DNA of 64,000 nt, taken from positions 34,789-98,788 of the IMG/VR virus record IMGVR_UViG_2974506819_000001. One strand, written 5' to 3'. The notes under the pieces were generated by a model, which saw only the letters and a list, made by a program, of their open reading frames with translations, ran no database searches and had not been told where the DNA came from. Position numbers and translations under genes: made by a program. Origin of the DNA: a virus. Taxonomy: Duplodnaviria; Heunggongvirae; Uroviricota; Caudoviricetes. Position 1 is the first letter of the stretch. The number at the start of each line of letters is the position of its first letter. Positions 45,576-53,946 of the stretch are shown piece by piece.

Positions 45576-47759
45576 ATGGCTAAACTTATTACCGGTAAAG
45601 TGAATGGCGGAGCTAACCTCTTCCACGCTATTCGCTCCTCTCTTTCTCAGGGAACTCTGGGCACCATCCAGGGCACTGAAGGTTACGGTAGCTTCGCTTC
45701 TGCACTGGATATGGTTTCCGGTCAAGAAGGCGCCGCGCTGAAATCTCAACTGTCCCAACTGAACGCGTCTAACTTCGACGCTTTCGCAGGCGCACTGCGC
45801 CGTAAAGGTACTCCGGCGAGTACTGAAGTCGAATTCCGTGATGCAATCGCTAACTTTAGCGCGCTGGCCGGTAACGAAGGCTTCTCTCTGCAGAACGAAA
45901 AAGGTTCCGAGCAGGACATCAAAGCTGTCAACCTGACTCTGAACGCCCAATCTCACCGTCAGACTGCCGCCGCTGAAGCGCTGTTCAAAACCATCACCGT
46001 TAACTACGAAGACGATGGCGCTGAGCTGGTTGTTCGTGCTGCTGGTCTGGGTAACTACGTTTACGGCGCGTCTGCATGGCAGTCCGCTTCTGAGCTGCGT
46101 CCGATCTTCGGTCTGCTGCGTACCGGCGAAATGTTCAAAGATGAAGTCCTGGCTCTGTATCCGGTCTACCCGACTGATGCCAACGACGACAACCGCGAGC
46201 TGTTCGCTGAAGCTTCCTTCACTCCGGTGAAAGACGCAACCTATCCGCAGGGTGATGCCTACGGCCGCCAGGGTCACAAAACCCAGCAGCTGAAAGTGCC
46301 GGTTGTGGTTCCTAACCTGCTGGGTCTGTGCCAGGCTCCGGGTCAGCGCGCGTGGACTTCCACCGACGAGATCGAATCTAACTCCATCACTGTACGTCAG
46401 GTTGGCGTGACTGCGAAAATCGGCGCTGCCGGTAGCACCACCGATGCTAACTTCTTCATCAACACCGGCTCCATGTCCAACAACACCTTCGGTCCGCTGT
46501 CCACTGGTCAGTCTTCCGACGATCGTGGTCTGAACGCTCACATCCGTGATCTGCCAGCCTTCTCTGTTGTTGACAAAGACGGTAACCCGGTTGGCGAAAC
46601 TCTGTTCGCAGACTGGAAAGCTGCTGGGTACGAGCCGATGCTGACTCTGACCCTGGGCGGTAACTTCCAGCGCCAGACCAACGAACTGCGTCTGAACCCG
46701 GGTTCTGTGACCATCACCGCTCTGCGTGATATCCCGACCGGTAACGTCATCAGCATCGGTAAAGCCGACGCGACTACCAAGCCGCTGTTCAAACGTCTGA
46801 CCGCGGGTGTTGTAGCTTCTGCACTCCTGACCTTCAACGTCAGCAACACCTCTAACGGCAACTTCGGTTACCGCATCGAAGTTTACGATGCGCGTAAACA
46901 CCTGTCCGTTCGCCGTCGCTCTCCGGTATCTGTTAAGTACCCGGTCAGCAAAGATGACGTCAACTCTGAATCCCTGGATTACGCAATCCAGCAGATGTCT
47001 GTTGTCATCAACAACCAGTGCTCCAAAGACGCGTTCGATGAAGCTGAAAAGCACCTCGAGTACATCACCAGCATCAACAACACGCCGGTCGTAGGTAACC
47101 ACCAGGGTTCCAACATCCTGCCTGGCCAGCATTTCGTCACTGCAACTGCCGTTAATCGTAAGCTGAAACTGGCTGACGTAGTTTCTGCTGTTGGCAACAA
47201 CGAAATCTTCGATGCGGTTTGTGCAGCTATCATCAACGAAGTGGCAGACATCACTGCTGCGCTGAACACCAAATCCGGCCTGGCAGCGATTTCCGAATAC
47301 GGCAACGTTGACAAACTGGACTGGACCGTGGTCACTCACCAGAACCTGGCTCGTTTCTTCATCCGTTCTGGCGACGCGCGCACCATCGGTGGTTGGGATT
47401 CCATCAAAGTTGAAGCGACTAACTTCGACTCCATGATCGGTAAAATCCTGATCGTTCCGCGTAACACCTCCAACGACGATTCCATCAACCCGCTCGGCGG
47501 CATTGGTGTGAACATCTCTAAAGAGAACATCGTTGTTCAGGGTAACGTGACTCGTGACCAGCAGGACTTCGGCGTCGTGATGACCATGCCGACCTACCGC
47601 CACTGGCCAATCTGCCCGGTAATCGGTTCTCTGATTATCGAAGATGCCGATAAACTGCTGACCGACGAAGGTCTGATTTCTCAGCTGGCTAAACTGCGCG
47701 TGCAGGTTGCTAACGCTGCTGACATCGGCACCGGTGCAGGTACTGACCCAAACGCTTAA
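45576..47759 (+). CDS. Major capsid protein (phiKZ gp120-like)
   Basis: 727 aa with the strongest codon bias in the window, RBS AAGGA, an N-terminal propeptide with QGTE, SGQE and AGNE sites, and a position between dnaB and the gp123-like RNAP gene. Confidence 0.88.
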   Translation: MAKLITGKVNGGANLFHAIRSSLSQGTLGTIQGTEGYGSFASALDMVSGQEGAALKSQLSQLNASNFDAFAGALRRKGTPASTEVEFRDAIANFSALAGNEGFSLQNEKGSEQDIKAVNLTLNAQSHRQTAAAEALFKTITVNYEDDGAELVVRAAGLGNYVYGASAWQSASELRPIFGLLRTGEMFKDEVLALYPVYPTDANDDNRELFAEASFTPVKDATYPQGDAYGRQGHKTQQLKVPVVVPNLLGLCQAPGQRAWTSTDEIESNSITVRQVGVTAKIGAAGSTTDANFFINTGSMSNNTFGPLSTGQSSDDRGLNAHIRDLPAFSVVDKDGNPVGETLFADWKAAGYEPMLTLTLGGNFQRQTNELRLNPGSVTITALRDIPTGNVISIGKADATTKPLFKRLTAGVVASALLTFNVSNTSNGNFGYRIEVYDARKHLSVRRRSPVSVKYPVSKDDVNSESLDYAIQQMSVVINNQCSKDAFDEAEKHLEYITSINNTPVVGNHQGSNILPGQHFVTATAVNRKLKLADVVSAVGNNEIFDAVCAAIINEVADITAALNTKSGLAAISEYGNVDKLDWTVVTHQNLARFFIRSGDARTIGGWDSIKVEATNFDSMIGKILIVPRNTSNDDSINPLGGIGVNISKENIVVQGNVTRDQQDFGVVMTMPTYRHWPICPVIGSLIIEDADKLLTDEGLISQLAKLRVQVANAADIGTGAGTDPNA

Positions 47760-47817
47760 TCCCTTCAACCAACTACGGTCGTCTGGGTTAAACTCAGGTT
47801 AGTACCGGTTGAAGGGA
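47760..47817 (+). other. Structured 3' element directly after the capsid stop
   Basis: Outer 11-bp stem TCCCTTCAACC/GGTTGAAGGGA enclosing a CTGGGT-taa-ACTCAG sub-hairpin. Confidence 0.6.
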
Positions 47818-47844
47818 CTTCCCGCGTTTGATAAGTGATATCCT

Positions 47845-47875
47845 CTACCCCCTCCCTTAACGGGGAGGTGGGTAG
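47845..47875 (+). terminator. Hairpin with TTAACG loop
   Basis: CTACCCCCTCCC-ttaacg-GGGAGGTGGGTAG followed by GGTTTATT. Confidence 0.75.
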
Positions 47876-47909
47876 GGTTTATTACGCAACTTTACTTTCC
47901 ACAATATAT

Positions 47910-47927
47910 TTTTAAACCTACATTATT
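47910..47927 (+). promoter_or_regulatory. Putative early promoter motif
   Basis: TTTT-AAAC-CTACATTATT upstream of the operon containing the nvRNAP beta N-subunit. Confidence 0.55.
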
Positions 47928-47995
47928 AGAGAGACTAACCCAATTATTGTTTAGCAATCAGTAGGCCACTGGTTGTTCTTTTGAGGTACCTCTCT

Positions 47996-49126
47996 ATGAC
48001 ATTAGATCATAATGACCACACTAACCCTATTTTCAGTTGGGTGGTGGTAAACAAAACCAATGAAAGCTTGTCGGCAAAATCTCGGGGTGGGTTTGAATAC
48101 ATCATTCCGTCGATTAACCGTGAGCGTGTAGTACACGATGGTGAAGTGAAGCTTATCGTGGAGTACAAGAATGTCTACATTGACCGGATAGCCTTCAACA
48201 AGTCTCAAGCATGCACCAAGCTGGACAAAACGTTGATTGACTTACTGGAAGCTCGCCGTCAAGTCATGCTCAATAATGAGTACCTTAACCGCAGCATGGT
48301 ACAAACCATCAGCGTTGGGGTTATCCTCAAGACGGACCATGTCGAAAACGACGACGGTGTACACAGTGACATCTTGGGTGTAAGCTTCTTCATGGACAAC
48401 AACCTGTCTCGTCAAACCTCTGTGGGTATTCCGAAAGGCACCCCCACCTCCATCAACAACAAACTGATGTGGGAAGAGAATTACGAGGGTGTGTTGCCGG
48501 ATGCATCTGAATCAGTACGGGAACGCTGTATGACCGCAGAAACGCGTTTAACAGTGTTATATAACGACCCAACCAATATATTTAGTGGACTGTGGATGAA
48601 CATACTGGGACAAGCCCGGTTAATCAATCGTACCCGTACCACAGACATCCAGCCAGGGCTGTATATCACCTACCGCTCTGGGTTAAGTAATAATGAACTG
48701 ATTGAACGATACTATAGTTTCGACCAGCTTAATGACAAAGCTTTGGAAGAAATGGGAATCTTTCTCAGCAAAGAAGAAGCACAGAAAGGGGGTAATACTG
48801 AACGGTATTTACAAGCAGAAGCGACAATCAAATCGCTCAGTCAAAACATTGTTGGCTACCGTAAAGAAATCGCACAGCTTAATGATAAAAACAGCAATTT
48901 AACAAAAGACCTTAATAAAGAGGAAACCACCAACCTGAGATTAGCAGCTGAAATTGCTTTCCTGAAACAGGATTCTCGATTAAAGGACCGAGAACAGAAA
49001 ATAGCGATAGAGACTATCAAAGGAGCAAACAAGCCGAACAACACGGCGAGCTTTGTTGATATCTGTAAGGGAGTCGGCCTGTTAACCACAGCGGGGGTAA
49101 CTGTTTATAAAGTATTCGCTACGTAA
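47996..49126 (+). CDS. Conserved hypothetical protein with a C-terminal coiled coil and hydrophobic tail
   Basis: ATG 47996 after GAGG. Heptad region EATIKSLSQNIVGYRKEIAQLNDKNSNLTKDL; ends GVGLLTTAGVTVYKVFAT. Confidence 0.75.
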   Translation: MTLDHNDHTNPIFSWVVVNKTNESLSAKSRGGFEYIIPSINRERVVHDGEVKLIVEYKNVYIDRIAFNKSQACTKLDKTLIDLLEARRQVMLNNEYLNRSMVQTISVGVILKTDHVENDDGVHSDILGVSFFMDNNLSRQTSVGIPKGTPTSINNKLMWEENYEGVLPDASESVRERCMTAETRLTVLYNDPTNIFSGLWMNILGQARLINRTRTTDIQPGLYITYRSGLSNNELIERYYSFDQLNDKALEEMGIFLSKEEAQKGGNTERYLQAEATIKSLSQNIVGYRKEIAQLNDKNSNLTKDLNKEETTNLRLAAEIAFLKQDSRLKDREQKIAIETIKGANKPNNTASFVDICKGVGLLTTAGVTVYKVFAT

Positions 49127-49144
49127 AAGTCGGAGATCCCATCG

Positions 49145-50800
49145 ATGGACCCAAAACTCTGGTCTCGTGTTGATACGAGCATGCCGCGATTTAATCCTGT
49201 AATCACGTCCGGGTTTCATCAGAAAGAGTGTGAGAATGGTGTGCACTTCTATGATTATTGCTTGCGTTTGATCTTTAAGAACATCGAACGTAAAGGGGTA
49301 TTCTTTAAAGGGGTAACCCGTGTGCCACCAAAAGAGTTCGTGGAGTACCTGCAACGAACCAGTCACAAAGTCGCGGAAATTCATAAAGAGACACTGTATC
49401 CGGTGCGTCTCAACTTTGAATATCGTGACAAAGCCGGTCGTATTGTTCCGCTGAACCCTGTGTACATGATGCTGCCTTATTGTGATATTTACGGGGATAC
49501 ATACCTGCGTAACACACAGTACAGCTTCCAGGTGGTCTTAGCAGAACGCGGCCTGCCCGTTACTAAAGAAGAAGCTATCTTCGTGAAAGTGCTGGGTTTC
49601 AAATTCAAAATTGGAACTGAGTACTTCAAGTATGACCGCATCTTCAACGAAACGTCGAACAACATGGCAAGAACGCTGGACATCAACTTACCGTCCAACC
49701 GTTTCTACAGTCCGTCTGAAGCACGCAAGATCAAAGACAACAAAACTCCCATTCCTTTATTGGCATGGTACGTATTTGCTGAAATGGGCTTTTCCAAGGC
49801 CATGGAGCAGTACGGTGAGTGTGAGTATGAGATCGGTGCACCAGAAGCCATTACGGATGAGTGTAAAGCTGATAGCCGCTGGGAAATTATTACGCGCAGT
49901 AGCAGTACTAATACCAAGCGTCTGGGCGAATTCATTCCGCATGACTTAGCCATCGGCGTTCGTAACAAGAATGAACGACGTAAAGAACTTTCCATTATGG
50001 GATTACAGTATGCCACCGCGCTGCTGTACGTCATTGACTGCTTGCCGTCGTATTTCGACATTGAGCGCATTGACGATCCTGATTATTGGAAGCTGATTAT
50101 TGGCCGGTGTTCGGTAAAACCTGGAGACAGCAACGAGTACATCATGCGCTTGATGCATGAGCACTTTGACTCCATGGACGAATACCTCGACGAGGATTCC
50201 ATTAAGAAGTTTGCTAGTCAGTCTATCGTGGTCTCTAACATGTTCGATTTGTTCAACTACATCATTGCTAACCGCAGTGAGATTGTTCAAACAACTGATA
50301 GAGCTTCAATGTTCCATAAGGAAATTGCGAGCCTGGAGTTCGTCCTTGATAAACTGATCACTGCAGCAAACCAATTCAGACACGACATCAAAAATAACTC
50401 CGAACTGAGCCTCAATAAGGTTAACCGCCTCCTGACATCCAACTTCCGTATTAAAGAGATCGACAACGCCCGTACAGCGAACTTGATCCAGGAAGCAACG
50501 CCGACCGACAATCCATTTGTCGATTACATGTTGGGTTGTATGCCGCAACACAAGGTCTACACCAATGGCATGAAAGGGAAAGGTAATAAAGATTTTGATC
50601 CAAACGATTCAGCGACAATTACCCACGCATCACTCGCGTTTGTTAACAGCTTCCAACGTGTAACCAAACCCGGGCCGGATACGAGGGACTTCCTGAATCC
50701 GTGCGTGTTTTTGGTGAATGATCGCTTTACCGCTCTGAACCCTGAGCGCCGCGAGCTGTATGAAGCCACAGACAAGCGCCTTAAAAATAGAGAGAGTTAA
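49145..50800 (+). CDS. Non-virion RNA polymerase beta subunit, N-terminal part (phiKZ gp123-like)
   Basis: GDTYLRNTQYSFQVVLAE (cf. RpoB GTFVINGTERVIVSQL) and fork-loop-region-like DPNDSATITHASLAF. Located two genes after the MCP. Confidence 0.75.
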   Translation: MDPKLWSRVDTSMPRFNPVITSGFHQKECENGVHFYDYCLRLIFKNIERKGVFFKGVTRVPPKEFVEYLQRTSHKVAEIHKETLYPVRLNFEYRDKAGRIVPLNPVYMMLPYCDIYGDTYLRNTQYSFQVVLAERGLPVTKEEAIFVKVLGFKFKIGTEYFKYDRIFNETSNNMARTLDINLPSNRFYSPSEARKIKDNKTPIPLLAWYVFAEMGFSKAMEQYGECEYEIGAPEAITDECKADSRWEIITRSSSTNTKRLGEFIPHDLAIGVRNKNERRKELSIMGLQYATALLYVIDCLPSYFDIERIDDPDYWKLIIGRCSVKPGDSNEYIMRLMHEHFDSMDEYLDEDSIKKFASQSIVVSNMFDLFNYIIANRSEIVQTTDRASMFHKEIASLEFVLDKLITAANQFRHDIKNNSELSLNKVNRLLTSNFRIKEIDNARTANLIQEATPTDNPFVDYMLGCMPQHKVYTNGMKGKGNKDFDPNDSATITHASLAFVNSFQRVTKPGPDTRDFLNPCVFLVNDRFTALNPERRELYEATDKRLKNRES

Positions 50801-50802
50801 TA

Positions 50803-53343
50803 ATGTCTTCTATGATCACACCACGCAACGTCAGCGTACCCGGCGTGCAAGTTCCAGCCATGGATCCTAATGCCGGGGGACAGCGTATGTTGATGCCCGG
50901 TAGTCAGACCCAACAACCTCAAGACCCTCTGTATGCGCTACGCAACATGTTCTCGAGTTCGTCGGGAGCTGGGGCGGTAACTGGTGTAGACTGGGGGCGT
51001 TATGACAGTCCGGGTTACGATGATCCCGCTCTCCGTGAAATCATCGCCAGCGGTAGCAGCATTGATGAGAACAGTACGCAGTATTACATCTCCCGTATAG
51101 CGCATGCGATGGGTGCATTCGTGCAGCAGGTTTCGATGCGCAACGGGCTGTTTTATCAGTGGTACATGCAAACCGTCGAAACGTTCAAGCTGGACGAGCA
51201 GGGCAACCGTTGTCCAATAGCTGAACAGTTCGTTGAGTTCTTCAAGAAGCGCCCAGAAATCACTGTAATCGTTGCTCGCAACGCCGCGGTTATGTTTGGG
51301 TACGAAGGTATCTCCCGCATGAAACAACGCAATGTCGATGCTCTGGATGCTCGTGAGTATGGTCAGTGTGTGGAAGTGGGGGTACGGTTTATCCTGTTCT
51401 TGGAAATGATCTCGTGGTTAACCAAAACGGCTCAGGGTCAGTCACTGGCTCAGAACCTACCACCTTCTTTCCGGGCCCGTGTTGATAAACTCGATCCGTA
51501 TAAGGAGTTCGCGCAAACTGTTTTTATGCAGTTCAACTTGCCGTTCCCTTATGAAAACCTGATCTTCGAAGTTAAGACGCCGGTAGCATCAGGCTATCAG
51601 TTTGCTCAGGTTCCGGCCATGTATGAATCCGACTACGGGTTCACCACTGCTCCCGCTCCAGCGGCGCAAGTGCGTCAGATTAATGACGGGTACGGTAACA
51701 GCATTACCATGGAAGAAACGGCGCGTCTGCAGTCCCTGTGCTACAAACTGCATTTCCGTTCTCACCAGGAAGTCCTGAACTTCGAGAATCAAATCCAACG
51801 TCGTATCAACCCACTGAACCCGCAAGACGTTCAGATGGCAATTGCGACCCGTAACCAACATTTATCTCAGGAGGACCAAGTAACGTCTCCGTACGCCTCT
51901 GCGCCTCAACGCGATGCATTTACCGACATGTATGCGATTCAGGACCTGCGCTCTGACTTTGCCAATATCACCGTTCAGAACCGTGATGCCTTTGACTGGC
52001 GAGCTCAGTTTGTCTTTACGGGACAACCTAATAAATACCTAATTAAGGATGAAGTTTGGCAACACATTAAGCGCGCGTTGCGCAAAGCTGACCCCAAAGA
52101 GATTGAAGAATCCATGTGGGGTGCGTACTGTTACCGAGTAGTTGTAGTCGATTTGCAGTATCCCGACAAAGATGGTTACCATTCGTATCTCGTCAGAGAT
52201 AAGGCACGGAGGTTTACCCAGATGCAAACTTTCACCGACCCGGCGAAGTGCTTACCGGAACTTGAAGCAGATGACAACGGCAACGTTGTTGTAGCAAACA
52301 CCGTCAAAGTAAACGACATCATTCCGGAGAACGATCTGTCGTCGTTCATTATCCCGGCCAACGAAGTCAAAACCCTGGAAGGCACGGTACCGGTTATCGT
52401 GAACACCGATCCAGTGGCCAGTAATAATCACCACAGCATCAAGCAGACTATCGCAGCCATCAACGGCCGTCTGACCAATCCGCTTGAGCAACTCAACGCA
52501 ACGTCTATGGACGTCGCCGCGCTGGAAGAATTCCACTGCAGCAACGAATCCACCAAGGCCCGCCTGTTAGAGCTGTTGCCGTTCCTGTTTGACGACAACT
52601 ACTTTGATCTGGTGGCGATGTCTTATGCAGAAGCTATCGAGTATATCGAGAAGACGCTGCGTTACGAAAACATCGAAGAAGAAGTTTCGCGCTTTATCCG
52701 TTTCAAGCTGACCCAGGACTTCAACAACTTCCTGGTTAACGGCGTTGGGTTTAACCCGGTCCCGGGCGGAGAGAACCATCTCTCCAGTTCAGATATTCTT
52801 TCCGACATCCATGAGGTGCTGGAACTGTTTGAGCGTAATGACAAATCGCTCTACGAGTATCTGACCAACAAGAAATACCGCTCGTCGCTGCTGCGCAAAA
52901 TGTGCATGTTCACAGTCGACGAAGTGGAGTACGAAGAAGTGGAAGTGATCGAAACCGATGAAGAGTCGGGCAAAGAAGTCAAAGTCATGAAGTCTATGCC
53001 GGTCAAACTTCCGCCGGTGGAACAGCTGAAGCTGGATACCACACTCAACGTGTGTAACCGCATTCACTTTACCACCATTAACCGTACGCCGAGCCCAATG
53101 TGGCAAGAGCATGCAACGGTGACCATCAAGCGGTCGAACTTCCCGGAAATCTTTGCCATGGTAGAAGATGGCTTTAAGCAGACCTACGGAGACGACGCGG
53201 AGTTCCAGGAGCTGGATAAAGTTGTGCGCTTTGCTCACGACGACAACTACTGGTTGTTCACCACGTCGGTTTACGACAAGAACGTTGCACTGCTTCGCCA
53301 CATGCCACAGGACTCTGACCTGTTCATGCTGGAATTCAATTAA
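50803..53343 (+). CDS. Large hypothetical protein
   Basis: 846-aa ORF with Pro/Gln-rich linkers; no motif recognised. Confidence 0.8.
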   Translation: MSSMITPRNVSVPGVQVPAMDPNAGGQRMLMPGSQTQQPQDPLYALRNMFSSSSGAGAVTGVDWGRYDSPGYDDPALREIIASGSSIDENSTQYYISRIAHAMGAFVQQVSMRNGLFYQWYMQTVETFKLDEQGNRCPIAEQFVEFFKKRPEITVIVARNAAVMFGYEGISRMKQRNVDALDAREYGQCVEVGVRFILFLEMISWLTKTAQGQSLAQNLPPSFRARVDKLDPYKEFAQTVFMQFNLPFPYENLIFEVKTPVASGYQFAQVPAMYESDYGFTTAPAPAAQVRQINDGYGNSITMEETARLQSLCYKLHFRSHQEVLNFENQIQRRINPLNPQDVQMAIATRNQHLSQEDQVTSPYASAPQRDAFTDMYAIQDLRSDFANITVQNRDAFDWRAQFVFTGQPNKYLIKDEVWQHIKRALRKADPKEIEESMWGAYCYRVVVVDLQYPDKDGYHSYLVRDKARRFTQMQTFTDPAKCLPELEADDNGNVVVANTVKVNDIIPENDLSSFIIPANEVKTLEGTVPVIVNTDPVASNNHHSIKQTIAAINGRLTNPLEQLNATSMDVAALEEFHCSNESTKARLLELLPFLFDDNYFDLVAMSYAEAIEYIEKTLRYENIEEEVSRFIRFKLTQDFNNFLVNGVGFNPVPGGENHLSSSDILSDIHEVLELFERNDKSLYEYLTNKKYRSSLLRKMCMFTVDEVEYEEVEVIETDEESGKEVKVMKSMPVKLPPVEQLKLDTTLNVCNRIHFTTINRTPSPMWQEHATVTIKRSNFPEIFAMVEDGFKQTYGDDAEFQELDKVVRFAHDDNYWLFTTSVYDKNVALLRHMPQDSDLFMLEFN

Positions 53344-53354
53344 TTGAAAACCAT

Positions 53355-53386
53355 TACTCCTACCTCCTTAACGGGAGGTAGGAGTA
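53355..53386 (+). terminator. Hairpin with TTAACG loop
   Basis: TACTCCTACCTCC-ttaacg-GGAGGTAGGAGTA, a perfect 13-bp stem, then a T-rich tract. Confidence 0.8.
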
Positions 53387-53415
53387 TATTACTTTATTTT
53401 TTAAGTTATAGTTCA

Positions 53416-53433
53416 TTTCAAGTCTATATAACT
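53416..53433 (+). promoter_or_regulatory. Putative early promoter motif
   Basis: TTTC-AAGT-CTATATAACT, 75 nt upstream of ATG 53508. Confidence 0.55.
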
Positions 53434-53507
53434 TGGGTGAATAAATGAATAAGAAATTCATTATTCTTAACCTAACATAACCACATTTAAATTAATGAGG
53501 AACTATC

Positions 53508-53879
53508 ATGACTACTTCTAACAACAACAACTCTTACAACAACACTGCTGACCGTGACTTCATGAACAGCAACAATTCTGGCTATGCACGTATCGCTGGT
53601 TTCGGTGGCGTTGCTCTGGCAGCTGGCCTGGGCATCTATGGCGGTAAAGACGTGGCGAGCGTAGTGATTGGTGCTGGCGTTGGCGGTGCTTATGCTTACC
53701 TGGTAGGCGGCATGGCTGATGGTATCGCACCATTTGCAGGTAAAGGCGGTCGCATCTGCCTGGCTACTTTAGTAGCTGCTGGCGGCTTCGCACTGACAGC
53801 TGACATGATTCGCATGTGCGAACAACTGACTACTGATGTAGCCGGTAACGAAGGCGTTGCTGCTGACCCGCTGTTCTAA
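53508..53879 (+). CDS. Small Gly/Ala-rich membrane protein (glycine-zipper-like)
   Basis: RBS GAGGA. Asn-rich N-terminus and three hydrophobic Gly-rich segments (GFGGVALAAGLGIYGG; VVIGAGVGGAYAYLVGG; ICLATLVAAGGFALTA). Confidence 0.75.
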   Translation: MTTSNNNNSYNNTADRDFMNSNNSGYARIAGFGGVALAAGLGIYGGKDVASVVIGAGVGGAYAYLVGGMADGIAPFAGKGGRICLATLVAAGGFALTADMIRMCEQLTTDVAGNEGVAADPLF

Positions 53880-53885
53880 TACAGA

Positions 53886-53915
53886 ACTCCTGCTACCCTC
53901 ATGGGTAGCAGGAGT
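53886..53915. terminator. Hairpin at a convergent junction
   Basis: ACTCCTGCTACCC-tcat-GGGTAGCAGGAGT, a perfect 13-bp stem. Confidence 0.8.
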
Positions 53916-53946
53916 AATCTGGTTAACTACTTATTTTTTTTTTCAC

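Noticed and set aside
45522-47768. 748-aa antisense ORF spanning the whole capsid gene
   Set aside because: It is in exact codon register with the capsid gene. The gene's strong codon bias avoids TTA/CTA/TCA, which removes antisense stops. The translation has no protein-like features or RBS, so it is a shadow ORF.
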